Shown: piece after piece, positions 1 through 12,578 of the stretch
Position numbering within the stretch: position 1 is the stretch's first letter
How the letters are laid out: the number at the start of each line of letters is the position of its first letter
Assembly: GCA_043228905.1 (NCBI GenBank)
Contig: JBHGNT010000001.1
Location: forward strand, 28,458,001 to 28,522,000
Length of the DNA: 64,000 bases
Direction of reading: 5' to 3'
DNA from: Azolla caroliniana
Lineage: Eukaryota > Plantae > Polypodiophyta
The notes under the pieces: generated by a model
The model's input: the letters and a program-made list of their open reading frames with translations, nothing else
Told to the model about the DNA's origin: nothing
Database searches by the model: none
Program-made: the position numbers and the translations under genes

Positions 1-638
1 ATAAATGGAACTGTCCTCAAATATTATAAGATATTCTGTTCAGCTAGTTAAGAATTCACTTTATACCGATCTATTAAATATTTACACTAGAAGTGGAGCC
101 GAAGTATCAAGTCCATGCATCAAAAGTTCTCCTAACATGCCATCATGAGATTGGGTTTTCCCCTTTCCAGTGTCTTCAATCATATTAATCACCAGTGCTC
201 TAGAGAAAATCATGCAGCAAATTGGCTGTGACCCTGTGCGGTAGGTTGCCTCTCATTAAACATATTCCATGCTCTTTTACTTTCTTGGCCTAGAAACAAG
301 CGATACAAATGATCTTCAAATTTAGCCAAATACAATCTCTTCTTCTTCCTTACGAAGCATTGGAAATCAATTATAAATCTTCATGGTATCTTGAGAAATA
401 AATTATAAAGCTATGTTTCCACCTTACTGAAAAATGCCTGCAGCATCTCTTACTTCAGTGTACATACAACTGTTCAAATTTCACATTGTCGGTGGGTTCA
501 TCTTGAAATTTCAAGAGAGACGAGAGGAAAAGATGGAAAGAGAAGTGATGTTTCTTATCTCAGATTCACCACGCATTGCTCAATTATTTCAAAAAATATA
601 TCCCATGGAAAAACTTAAAATCATGCAGATGAGCTTAC

Positions 639-3600
639 CGTACGTATGGCAGCAAAAGTCTCACTAGCCCAATCACTTATCCGAGCTTGCGCTAAACCAT
701 GGGATATGAATATTGGTACAGTAGTCCTCTTATAGATACCTTTACAATGCCAAAGAAACAAAATTTTCGATAAAGCGATATTAACATGGGACATAAAAGA
801 ATACTCTAAATTATGTTGGTATTATGATTGAATCATGCATAACATCAATAAATATAAAACTTACAGCCAGAGGACATATAAAAATAAGAAAGAAAGTATG
901 GCAGCATAATATACTTTTATGGGTAAAGGAAAAACAACAATACACACAACACAACACCTTCCAGAAAGAATCTTTTCCACTTCAAAACAGGACACCTGCA
1001 GTAAAGTATTATTACTCAGATAATAGCTGCCTCCCACAAACTACCTGATTTTCATTAGTCACCCAGAAAATTGTTTCGTTTCTCATCCATGGTGGAGACA
1101 GTAAATGTTTATAGGTTAGAACTGCTTTAAGAACTAGGAATAATTTCAGCCAATCTTGTAAGATTTTTCATAATTGACCCTATGAAAAGGCCCTCAACTG
1201 TATTATCTCAGTATCGAATTGCTCAGGAAACTCTCCAAACTTTCACAGGCACTAATATTATTGTGTCCTTTCCGTCTCTAAGCTCATTGTGTTTTCAGGA
1301 GTTTATTGTATGCCTTCCATTGCTAAACTTTCCGGGAGATATGTAAGAGCTATACAGAAAAGAACTCTATAGCAGGTGGTTGGTCATAATACTGTTTTAG
1401 GGGAGTCTCTAAAGTTAATGGAAAATTCTAAACATCAGTTAACTGAAATAAGTGAATCCTCAGAACCAAGACAGGATCCGGCACTTTATTAATTGTACCA
1501 CCTGGTTAAGATAAACAAAACTTAAACACAAATGTTTACGAAGTCCAGAAGTGAGAACCTTCAAACATATCTTTCTAGCAATATTTATATATGATATACC
1601 AACTAGAACTGAAATGCACAGGATTAGCAAGCCAAGGACGGGCGCGAGCTGCGGTGACAGAGTAAACAATATTGCCAGTGTACCAACTGTCTGCAAATAT
1701 GATAAAATTACAACCAAAATCAAGCTTTATTAAGGTTAATTCCATATGTAACCCAGTTCCTATGCCATGGTAAATAGATGCATGAGACGTGTATCTATGC
1801 AGTGGGGGTATAAACGATTATTCCCAGTTCGGCCGGACTCCTCGACATTGCAGTACTTTTTAAAATCTACTTGTCCCATCTAGCAAAACACCATGAAAGA
1901 CCAGCAATGCATCCAGATGCCACAGATCAATATACAAAGAGGAGATGGAGAAAATAAGTAAAATAAGTACAAAAAAGTTCATGATAAATTTTTTATAATG
2001 TCTTAACCCTTAGCTCTTAAGGAAATGAAGCTAAAATAGGCTAGCAAGAAACTTCAAACTAGTTATCTATGTGCCTATAAACCTAGTTTCTTACAATTCT
2101 ACTGGATTGTTGGATGCATGCAATGTGCTAAGAAAAATATGCTAGGTGCTACAAGAATAATATAAGAATGCATAGAACCAACCTCTGAAACTGCTCTAAA
2201 ACCTCGATCTCTTGAAACATTGTCGCTGACAAGATTCTTCATGGATACCAGATCTGAAGAAATTAATCCTGTCAATTCTCCCACCTGGAAAAACAAAGAA
2301 TTAGCAGCAGCATCTCCAGCTCGAGAAGGCTAGCAAGATCTAGTTGATGAAGTTCACAGGGAAATCCATACAGCCAAAACACATCTCATCGAAATCAAGA
2401 AAGAATAGTTTATATCAAACGTCAAGGAGGATGAATATAAGGGGAGCAATGCTACATGTCTCTGAGTAGGTGAGGTTGGGATTAGCAAGAAAGCTATAAC
2501 AGAAAGAGAGAAAGCTATAATAATGTCATTTTAAGGGCCAAAATAGCCTATAAGATCAAACAAGATATTTCATTTTAAAATGTTATCTCGTCTTTCAGAA
2601 TAATCAACCAAAATAAATATTACTAAAACATAGGGTACTAAAGAATCTAGATATCTAAGAACTCAAGATTCTGAACACAGATAAACTGAAACTTCTTCCT
2701 TTAAAAATCCTCAACATGGATTACTCCGAGATGGAGAGATCACCACATTGAGGGACACACCTTTGGTGCCAAGTTATAATGGCCTTTATTTGTTGATGAC
2801 AAGGGTGACAAGGTGTGGTCCAGATGGTCATGGCCTACATGCACGACAAACTGCAATTGACTGATCCATTGTAACCGCTAACAGTCTTAAGCAATGTTGG
2901 TCTTCGTATTCCATTACCTTGCATAGTGGGCCAAAGCCTTGTCTGAAGAGCCCGTGATCTTTGCCATTCTTTCACAAAAAACACAATCTCAGATAGTGTC
3001 CTTCCAAGTCCACCCTTGATTGCACAATTGGCAGATTCATAATTCCATAGATTTGCTCGTACATCTACCTGTCTCAATTTCTAACATTGTGAAGAGTTAC
3101 TAAGCTGCCCTAATACACTACAGAGAGCATGACATATATGTGCGCTGATGCAAGAAGGCCTGATAGTAAATCTATCCTGCAACATGTGGAAAAAGAGTGT
3201 ATTATAGTGGGTCTATCAAAAGATGAAGTGGGGTTGATCCATGTTCTTTCATTCTCCAATTTAATGATATTCATTCAGACTAGTCATTCATAGGAATAAT
3301 GCATCAGTGACTATTTGTATTGCACCCATCATAACCTATATTATTATGCAGGCATTCACTGAGACAAATGGTACCTCCAAATCTGTTCAGTTATGTGCAG
3401 TATGAAGGCTCGGTCCTCAAATTTTTACTCCATAATTGGTTTTACAAGTGTATCAAACAACCAGAACTTAGCGGTTCTTGGAACTGGATATGTGCACACT
3501 GTCTTTAAAGAGTATCAAGGGCTGCATATCCATGTGATAGTCAAGCACATACAGCCTCCCATATGGAGAGCTGAAGCCTTGTGAATGTTACTCCTTGATA

Positions 3601-6600
3601 TATGCAAGATCCTCCGTATGCCACCTTTATCTCTTCGAAGAAGAATTCCAGATCTGATCTCATTACCCATGCTTGAGTGGTGTTAAAATACCATCACTTT
3701 AGTTTTACCAAGGTCGACCAATAAATCACTTTAGTTTTATAGAAATGACTTTACAGCATTTAGATATTTTTGAAGTCCTACAAGGGAGTCGGAGATCAAC
3801 ACAATGTCATACATTAATCGCTTTAGACCAACTTCTTCTACTACAACTTCTCCATACATGCCCATACTTGTGTCAGACAAAGTTGTTTGTTCATCAGTAC
3901 ATGCATTGAGGCCCTCTAATAGTTTTATTAATACGGTGATTCTCCAACAGATGTAAACCACAAGTAGGCAAGTGGAAAGTACACAATTGCAACATATAAC
4001 TCTCTATGACACCCTCCATTTGGATTTGTATCCACACACACACATGCACATCCTTACACACAACACACTATCAAGGAGCTCTTCTTTGTACAACAAAGCC
4101 ACTCCACCAGGGCTTCTAGTGCCTCCTGACATGTCTGGTTGCAGATAGCCCACCAACTCCTATCTATATACTTGCACACTGAGGAGTTTACTATCAATGC
4201 ATTGACAGGTGTCTATGTACATAGAGATATCTGTGTTCTCAAAAGGTATCTTCAAAACTCTATCATCTTTAGCCTCTAATTTGCCTTATGATGCTTGCAA
4301 ATGTCATTTCATTGAGCTTGCCTTACTATGCTTGCAACATCAAGTAGTTCCATTTTCAAAAGGGCACATATTTCTGTTTTCTGCTTTGCATTCTCTTTTT
4401 AGACTATTTCTATAAAATTGCCATGCAATTAAACTAGTCCCTAATCAGTTGGCTGTAGACATTATCTTTCCCCTTGCGTCTGTTTATCAAAACTTCCATT
4501 TTGGGTATCTTATTCCCCCTCTGCACACTACCTAGTGTGGCCCCCTCCCTTCTTAGTACCTTTATGGGGTATTCCATATATCAAACCTATCTTCATGAAC
4601 TTCTAGGCAGCTTCATTAGTTATCGACTCTAAGTCCACAGTGTTCTAACAAGATAATAATGTCGAGCAATGAAGGGAAGGATTAATCAGAAATTGACCTT
4701 GAGATTGAGTAGAGATTAAGTAGATAGATGTAGAGCTTCAACAGAAATTCTGCAGGACAAAATGCAGAGATTCCAAACACGCTGACATGAGGAGTAACCA
4801 AAGATTCAATAAAGATTAACATGATGATTCAGCAGAGATTAACGCAGAGAATCAGTAAACATAAATACACAGAGATTCAGGACAGATTAACACAAGAACT
4901 CAACAAATATTAACACGGATTATTTTCTTTCTCTTAGCATCCCTACCCTAGATGAATGCCTGTTGAGTCCTCGTGCCAATGTTTCTTAGTCCACAAGTTT
5001 GCAAGCTGGCATATTATGATGGAACTTTCAAAAGTTCATCCTCTCAATGATCAAAAACTTAAAGAGATCAAGAATGATAGAACATGAGTTCTTCAACAAG
5101 CAAAGTTGCTACAAGTTACCAAGCTCTCTAGATAAGAGGTGAGCTTGCTCCCTTGTAACATCAAATCAAAGTGTCAAACTTGTGAAGTCTCATTAGGCTT
5201 GATGAGCTGGAATATGGGTGGTCTCTGCGAGAGAAATAATAGAAGAGTTGCCTAAGCCTAGGCCTAGTTGAACAGTAGATACATCATACTAGAATATTAA
5301 TTATTGCATGTCTAACTTCAGTAACATAAGGGTAAAAACTGTCACTACAGTCATTTAAGACTTCGTATTGTTGAAGTTTCCAGCAATTGAAAACATCTAT
5401 TTGGGCAAGGCATGCAAAAGATCAGTCTAGAATCTAGCATGCGGAAATTTAATAGTCAGACAACAAATAGATGTTAGAACCATGAATGGCAAGCTCAAAC
5501 AGAAATCCAAATGACCCTGCCACTAACAAACATGGAGATCAAACATATTAATGAACAAACAATTGAAAACATCTATTTGGGCAAGGCATGCAAAAGATCA
5601 GTCTAGAATCTAGCATGCGGAAATTTAATAGTCAGACAACAAATAGACGTTAGAACCATGAATGGCAAGCTCAAACAGAAATCCAAATGACCCTGCCACT
5701 AACAAACATGGAGATCAAACATATTAATGAACAAACAATTGAAAACATCTATTTGGGCAAGGCATGCAAAAGATCAGTCTAGAATCTAGCATGCGGAAAT
5801 TTAATAGTCAGACAACAAATAGACGTTAGAACCATGAATGGCAAGCTCAAACAGAAATCCAAATGACCCTGCCACTAACAAACATGGAGATCAAACATAT
5901 TAATGAACAAACAATTGAAAACATCTATTTGGGCAAGGCATGCACAAGATCAGTCTAGAATCTAGCAGGCGGAAATTTAATAGTCAGACAACAAATAGAC
6001 GTTAGAACCATGAATGGCAAGCTCAAACAGAAATCCAAATGACCCTGCCACTAACAAACATGGAGATCAAACATATTAATGAACAAACAATTGAAAACAT
6101 CTATTTGGGCAAGGCATGCACAAGATCAGTCTAGAATCTAGCAGGCGGAAATTTAATAGTCAGACAACAAATAGACGTTAGAACCATGAATGGCAAGCTC
6201 AAACAGAAATCCAAATGACCCTGCCACTAACAAACATGGAGATCAAACATATTAATGAACAAACAATTGAAAACATCTATTTGGGCAAGGCATGCACAAG
6301 ATCAGTCTAGAATCTAGCAGGCGGAAATTTAATAGTCAGACAACAAATAGACGTTAGAACCATGAATGGCAAGCTCAAACAGAAATCCAAATGACCCTGC
6401 CACTAACAAACATGGAGATCAAACATATTAATGAACAAACAATTGAAAACATCTATTTGGGCAAGGCATGCAAAAGATCAGTCTAGAATCTAGCATGCGG
6501 AAATTTAATAGTCAGACAACAAATAGACGTTAGAACCATGAATGGCAAGCTCAAACAGAAATCCAAATGACCCTGCCACTAACAAACATGGAGATCAAAC

Positions 6601-9600
6601 ATATTAATGAACAAACAATTGAAAACATCTATTTGGGCAAGGCATGCACAAGATCAGTCTAGAATCTAGCAGGCGGAAATTTAATAGTCAGACAACAAAT
6701 AGACGTTAGAACCATGAATGGCAAGCTCAAACAGAAATCCAAATGACCCTGCCACTAACAAACATGGAGATCAAACATATTAATGAACAAACAATTGAAA
6801 ACATCTATTTGGGCAAGGCATGCACAAGATCAGTCTAGAATCTAGCAGGCGGAAATTTAATAGTCAGACAACAAATAGACGTTAGAACCATGAATGGCAA
6901 GCTCAAACAGAAATCCAAATGACCCTGCCACTAACAAACATGGAGATCAAACATATTAATGAACAAACAATTGAAAACATCTATTTGGGCAAGGCATGCA
7001 CAAGATCAGTCTAGAATCTAGCAGGCGGAAATTTAATAGTCAGACAACAAATAGACGTTAGAACCATGAATGGCAAGCTCAAACAGAAATCCAAATGACC
7101 CTGCCACTAACAAACATGGAGATCAAACATATTAATGAACAAACAATTGAAAACATCTATTTGGGCAAGGCATGCACAAGATCAGTCTAGAATCTAGCAG
7201 GCGGAAATTTAATAGTCAGACAACAAATAGACGTTAGAACCATGAATGGCAAGCTCAAACAGAAATCCAAATGACCCTGCCACTAACAAACATGGAGATC
7301 AAACATATTAATGAATGTGAATATGTTATGCCACCTGTTGTCTCTAAAATTCTGAACACATTACTCTCCATAAACGTGCATATCTCAAAGCTCTATAAAT
7401 ATACTCTGAAATATGTTTTCATACAATTCTTGTTCATAATCTAGATGTGTAAGGCTCATGAGTATACCTTATGTCGATCAAAGAATTCAACCTGCAATAA
7501 ACATAATAAATATTATCAAATAACCGTCACATTAATCAAAAGAAAATAGAGCAAATGCAAGCTGAGTTTCACTAAAATTCTATTCCAACTATGTGAATTC
7601 ATGCTCAGGTCATTTTTTTATATTCTATTGTCAATAAATAGAAAAGACAAAAACTAGCTGACTTTTGCAAGGAAGTTTTTGTTAAGGAAAACTTTTGGAT
7701 GCTCTATTCATATCGCTTAGGCACAAGGGAGAACAACTTCCTGTATATAACATCAAATAGCTTTCTCATCCATCCTAGCCACATGGATACCCACTTCTCG
7801 CATAGCATATGTAGCAGAGTTGGGCAGATCTGCCCCTCGTCACTCTAATTAAATGGCTGGAACCAAATAACTGCATCTCCTACCTATGCTCTCTAGAGGT
7901 TGAAACTGAACAGCACCATATATATCCTTTCCCCATATTTTATGAAATCAAAGAAGTTAACACATCCTCTTTAGGGAAGACTTTGGACCCTTACCAATAA
8001 AATAAACTTTGGGACAAGAGATGCCCAAGAATCTTCTAGCTAGAACACACTACTGTGAGAAACTCTTGAGAAGCAATAGAATACACCTTCAAAAGGATAG
8101 GCAACAAAATAATCCAGCCTTACAAAGAACGATAGCTAGCTTCTTCAAAGCCACAGCTCCACACATTCATCTGGAACTCAACACACAGTAGAGCATGTTC
8201 TAGAGGAGTTACCCTGGAGGGAGATACAGCACTCGATTACACAAAACAAGCACAAAAGGTTAAAACCATCATTGCCCATCATAGAAGTCATAGGCCATGC
8301 TATCATAGAGCTTTTTATCTAGGATATCCAACAAGGTACTCATTGACATTTCTGAGCAGCCCCACTTCCCCCACCCACATGGGTGAATACACCTTTTTTA
8401 CCCATGAGAGGTGAGAATTATATAAACTACAATTTGGAAAGGCCCGAGATCATGATGGATTGGTAGGTCTACACTCTATTGATGCCCTGACACCCTTGTT
8501 CTACTTCTACACGCACCTTTAGTAGACTAGGTGTGAAGGTTTCCCTATAGCTAGACAGAACATACCATTGTACTTATCTCCACGAGAGAAGATCCCATGA
8601 TACCTAGCAACTATTGGATAATTCTGAGTAGCCATTTCTTGGCCAAACTTTATGGCTCAATCCTAGAATCAGAATTCAGTGTATGGGTGAAAAGAAAGAC
8701 AGAATATATTAATGTGTTTTAAAAAGTTAACATGGCCTATGAAACAGAACAAGAAATTACACCTTAAAATGTTATTCATCTTTAAGAAGAACGAACCAAA
8801 ATAAATATGTATAGCTAAACATAAGATACCCAAGAGCCTCGTTAGCTAAGCACAGAAATTTCTGAACTTAGATAAGACTAAAACTTCTGATTTCAAAAAA
8901 CATGGGATGGTCTCTGAAGCAAGGAAAGCACTTCAGCACCAGATGATAATCGTTGTCTGTCGATGACAAAGATGAGACAATATTTTGGCTACTTTGGCCT
9001 TTTAAAATATGTGAATATTTATTTCTTTCTGTCATAGACTGACAAACTACATCACACTTAGTGCATAAAATATATTACAATAAGTGCACATAAATTAGGG
9101 ATTTCAGTAAATTTCAGTAATCTTAAACTCACAAGGTTTATGTTAAAGAAAGACCTTTTGAATTAGAACGCGTTGAAAGACACGTTGTCTCAAATTTGCG
9201 ACAACGTTTTCCCAAATATATGTCATGTTTGTAACAAAAATAATGGTAAATGCTGGTTCTAGACAGTATATGACAGCCAGTTTGGACAAAATCTGCCAAA
9301 GTGCTTCAGAAGATTTCCCTATCAAGCTCTCAAAAAGACGTCCTGTCATCAGACATTCCAAAAACAAGAATAAGTAAATGCCGCAGCCATCAGGTCATAT
9401 TCTTGGCAAGTGTGTATAATGAATAATGGCTAAACCAATAACACTAAGTCATGTTCATTTAAGGAATAGGATTAAAACACGTTACATCCCCTGATCCTCC
9501 ATTGTATGGTTCCTTCTCTAAGTTGTAATCACAATATTAGTCAGCGCCGCAACAAACCAAGACTTTAATGATCAAGTTGGTAGTCTCCGAAATCAGACAT

Positions 9601-12504
9601 TCACAGTTCCTAACTAAAAAATAAGATCAACAATAAAGGAAATGCATATTTATTAGATGTTAACTACATAAGATTCTCCCCAGAAATAACCACATTATAT
9701 ATTCATGGTTCCCCAACTAAAACACGTGTTCATCAACATAAGGAAGTATATCTTTTTTCTTGAAAAAAGGTTGTATATTTCTTTTAGAAACCATTCAGAT
9801 GTGCAATGTGCCCTGATGCTGAGGGTAGTTCAAAGTAGCATATACAACAGCCATAACTAATACCACCAGCTAATCAAGAGATACCATGAAAATTAGCATA
9901 GTGATGGTCTATATCCGAATTGTGTTTTCTTTCCTCAACCTCCTAGGAACCAGCTGATACACACGCCATTGACTTTTTGAAGCACAAATCAGTCCAAGTG
10001 AAAGAATGACCAAAGTTTCCAATGGATTCTGTTAATCAATCCCAAGGTCATGGGAGCACCACCACTTATATACCAAAAATTAAATACTAGAAACTCTGCA
10101 AGAGAATGTATCCCTGTGAAGATCCCCTAATATCAAAGTCATCTCTAACAAGCAAGCAGAATATCAAGAAACTGAATGCCAATCAGAATGAGACAGAATG
10201 TCATAACCAGAGTACTTTAGTGGCCCATCTGCTCCTGCAAGTCAATCACTCAGCAACTGATATCCAAAGAACAAACACGATCAAAGGTCAAGCATGTAAC
10301 CAATGTTGTAGCTGTGTAGGCATGGTACCATAGCTGACCAATCAAAATTTGTCTCCCAATTTTCATATATATGCAAAAACAAACCACAGAACCTCAATGC
10401 ACATAATATAAAAGGGCTGCATACACGGCATGCCAACAATAAAGTGGTCAACTTCAGGATCATATCCTACCAACCATGGTCAGCTTGCAGGAGAGGTGGA
10501 TAGGCAAGACCTCACAATAGTAGCAATCAAGCTCTATAAATCATGTTATAAATAACCTCCGAATAAAAGAGTAAAAGCTAAGGCACTAATTAGCATCTCT
10601 GTCAAACTGAGAATGTGAGATGGAAATATCTACCAACATAACCACGGGTCAATATCACACTCGATTTGTGGCTATATCACACTCGGTTTGTTATGAGTGA
10701 TTAAATAGCAATGCATTTTGATGATAACTCCAACCCCATATATAACCGCAAGTACAAACAAGAGAATTAAATGACTAAGGAAAGAAAAAAGTTTGGAATC
10801 GAAAAGTACGGAAGGAATATGAGACCCTCTCAGTGCTTATGCCATTCATTTCTGTGACAATTGCATATGATTTCCCTCATATAAAACCACAAATACATGG
10901 AGATAAGCACCCAAGAAAGAACAGTATTTTGGCCTTGGAAAGGCCAGAAACAGATTATGAGATCGTATCAGTAATTAAGAGAGCATTATGTTTTGATGAT
11001 AACTACATATATCTGTGTATGACGAGATCTTAGCAACCATGAAAAGAAATGATTGGATCCTAAGAAATTCAAAAGATAATTAGGAAATGCGTAAGTGATT
11101 AATGATTAGTACATTTCGAAAGATGAGGAAAGAGATCAAAAAGCTTACCAAAAAACAAGTTCATAAGACATCTGAAACTTACCAGAGTACAAAATTTACC
11201 AGAAAATGAAAGGAATAAGCAATCAAAATTTACAAAAAAAAAAAATGACACAAAAGAGACAGAAATTTATAAAAGACAATATCAGAAGGCATCAAAATTT
11301 ACCAGAAAACAAGCAGAAAAGAAATATCAGAAAAAGATTGAAATTTACCACAAAACAAATGCAAAACAGATCCAAAACATAACTGAAAACAAAAGAATAA
11401 AACATTGATAATTTCTAGACGAATTACCATAAAAACAACGGCATAAGCAATCGATATCCACTGCAAAATTAAGGCAAAAAGGTAATGGAACCTTACCAGA
11501 TAGCAACAGGATAAGACACGGAAATTTGTAAAAGAAAATTTAGCAGAAAAAAGGCCCATAAAAGATAGGAATTTGCCAAAAAGAGATCAGGACTTATGAG
11601 AAAACAATGAACTGGAACATCAAATTTTTAGCCAGAATAATTAAGAGAAAACTAATGGTATGAGAGACCAAAACTTACCAGAAAATAAAGGCCAAAGAGA
11701 TCAAAAATACTTAACAGAGGAGGAAGGCAGAAAACATCAAAATTATCAAAAGAAGAATCGATACAGCAATAAAATTTTGGGAACTAAAAGTATAGGAGAT
11801 TGAAATAAACGCCGAAGAGACATTAAAATGAAAGGTAGAAAACATTAAAATATTGCTGGGAGAATCAGCAGAGCAATAATCACATACGACATCAAAAATA
11901 CATACATATTACAAATAAATTCCAGGAAACTAAGATAGAGAACTACATACGAATTATAGAATATATCAAAACTATTACAGAAAAAACATAGGCATAAACA
12001 GATGGGACAACAAAAATTCATAAGGACAATTAGTGTGGAAAACTTACCAGAAAACAATGGCATACTGAGCGTAGAAGAAGTGCAAACAACGAGAGCGAGA
12101 GCAGAAATGACAAGCCTCCATTTCTCTTCCAGCATCAGGCTCCATATAAGCTTCCATGTAATCACTTCTTTCGGCGTCTTTGACAGATCATTACCATCAT
12201 TAAAAATACCTAATGAAGCATTATCTTTGTCGTTGAAGAAGAAATGAGAGTTTGGATCTGCGGCAGGAGCAGAAATATAAGCTGAAACTGTCTGAATAGA
12301 TGGCTTCCTCGAAGTAAAAACACTGATTCTACTTCTGTGGAGCGGGAGGGATGCATGAGAACAAATGGAGGAGAAAGAAGTCTTTTTTCGATGATAAATG
12401 GAAGGAAGAGGTGGTTTCCTGGATGTGGGAGAGGAAGTAGGAAATGTGCACAGAGGAACGCCATAGCCATTGGAGGAGGTCTGGAGGAGAAGGTTGGTCG
12501 CCAT
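639..12504 (-). CDS. ABCB28: ABC transporter B family member 28-like (NAP8/ABCB28, plastid half-transporter), 5' part; gene continues beyond the left edge
   Basis: Six exons read by hand with GT-AG borders and consistent phase: 12504-12048 (ATG; Ser/Pro-rich transit-peptide-like N-terminus ...AYISAPAADP...VCTSSTLSMPLFSG), 9342-9155 (RLFESLIG...YCLEPAFTIIFVTNMTYIWENVVANLRQRVFQRVLIQK), 7491-7468 (VEFFDRHK), 2284-2183 (VGELTGLISSDLVSMKNLVSDNVSRDRGFRAVSE), 1690-1600 (TVGTLAILFTLSPQLAPVLGLLILCISVLV), 739-639 (IYKRTTVPIFISHGLAQARISDWASETFAAIRT). This is an ABC membrane domain matching my recollection of Arabidopsis ABCB28; the NBD exons are outside the window. Confidence 0.9.
2830..3900 (-). mobile_element. 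Highly degenerate LINE (RT and C-terminal) remnant in ABCB28 intron 3
   Basis: Minus-strand fragments YDIVLISDSLVGLQKYLNAVKSF and DLGKTKVMVF (about 3690-3815) and ICQLCNQG (about 3010-3040) parallel YADDIVLL..DLQRHLNALYDF, NLGKTKVLIF and RICRLCH of the LINE at 47.8-50.8 kb. Boundaries are approximate. Confidence 0.65.
5384..7315. repeat. Tandem array of 11 x 176 bp, near-identical, in ABCB28 intron 3
   Basis: Unit start CAATTGAAAACATCTATTTGGGCAAGG recurs at 5384, 5560, 5736, 5912, 6088, 6264, 6440, 6616, 6792, 6968 and 7144; the last unit ends about 7315. Confidence 0.97.
8717..9007. mobile_element. Putative old MITE in ABCB28 intron 2, with a related truncated copy at about 2530-2835
   Basis: The internal sequence 8760-8890 aligns by eye with 2570-2700. 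The right end GGCTACTTTGGCCTTTTAAAA is close to the reverse complement of TTTTAAGGGCCAAAATAGCC at 2530, suggesting a degenerate TIR. No clear TSD. Confidence 0.5.
11130..11760. repeat. Degenerate minisatellite-like tract with an AAA(C/T)TTACCAGAAAA core in ABCB28 intron 1
   Basis: Core variants at about 11141, 11175, 11191, 11294, 11341, 11421, 11489 and 11670 in an A-rich background. Confidence 0.6.
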
Positions 12505-12524
12505 GCTCGCCGACAACACAGTCT

Positions 12525-12526
<2 letters not shown>

Positions 12527-12576
<50 letters not shown>
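12527..12576. repeat. (CT)n/(GA)n microsatellite in the 5' leader or promoter of ABCB28
   Basis: CT run of more than 40 bp starting about 20 bp upstream of the ATG at 12504. Confidence 0.9.

Positions 12577-12578
<2 letters not shown>

Noticed and set aside
5384-7315. CRISPR-like array or repeat-encoded protein
   Set aside because: Units are contiguous and identical with no unique spacers, there are no cas genes, no ORF of 60 aa or more in the track, and the context is a eukaryotic intron.
11845-12047. Hydrophobic C-terminal part of the 224-aa ORF as real coding sequence
   Set aside because: It is read-through into T-rich intron 1 past a strong GTAAGT donor at 12047.
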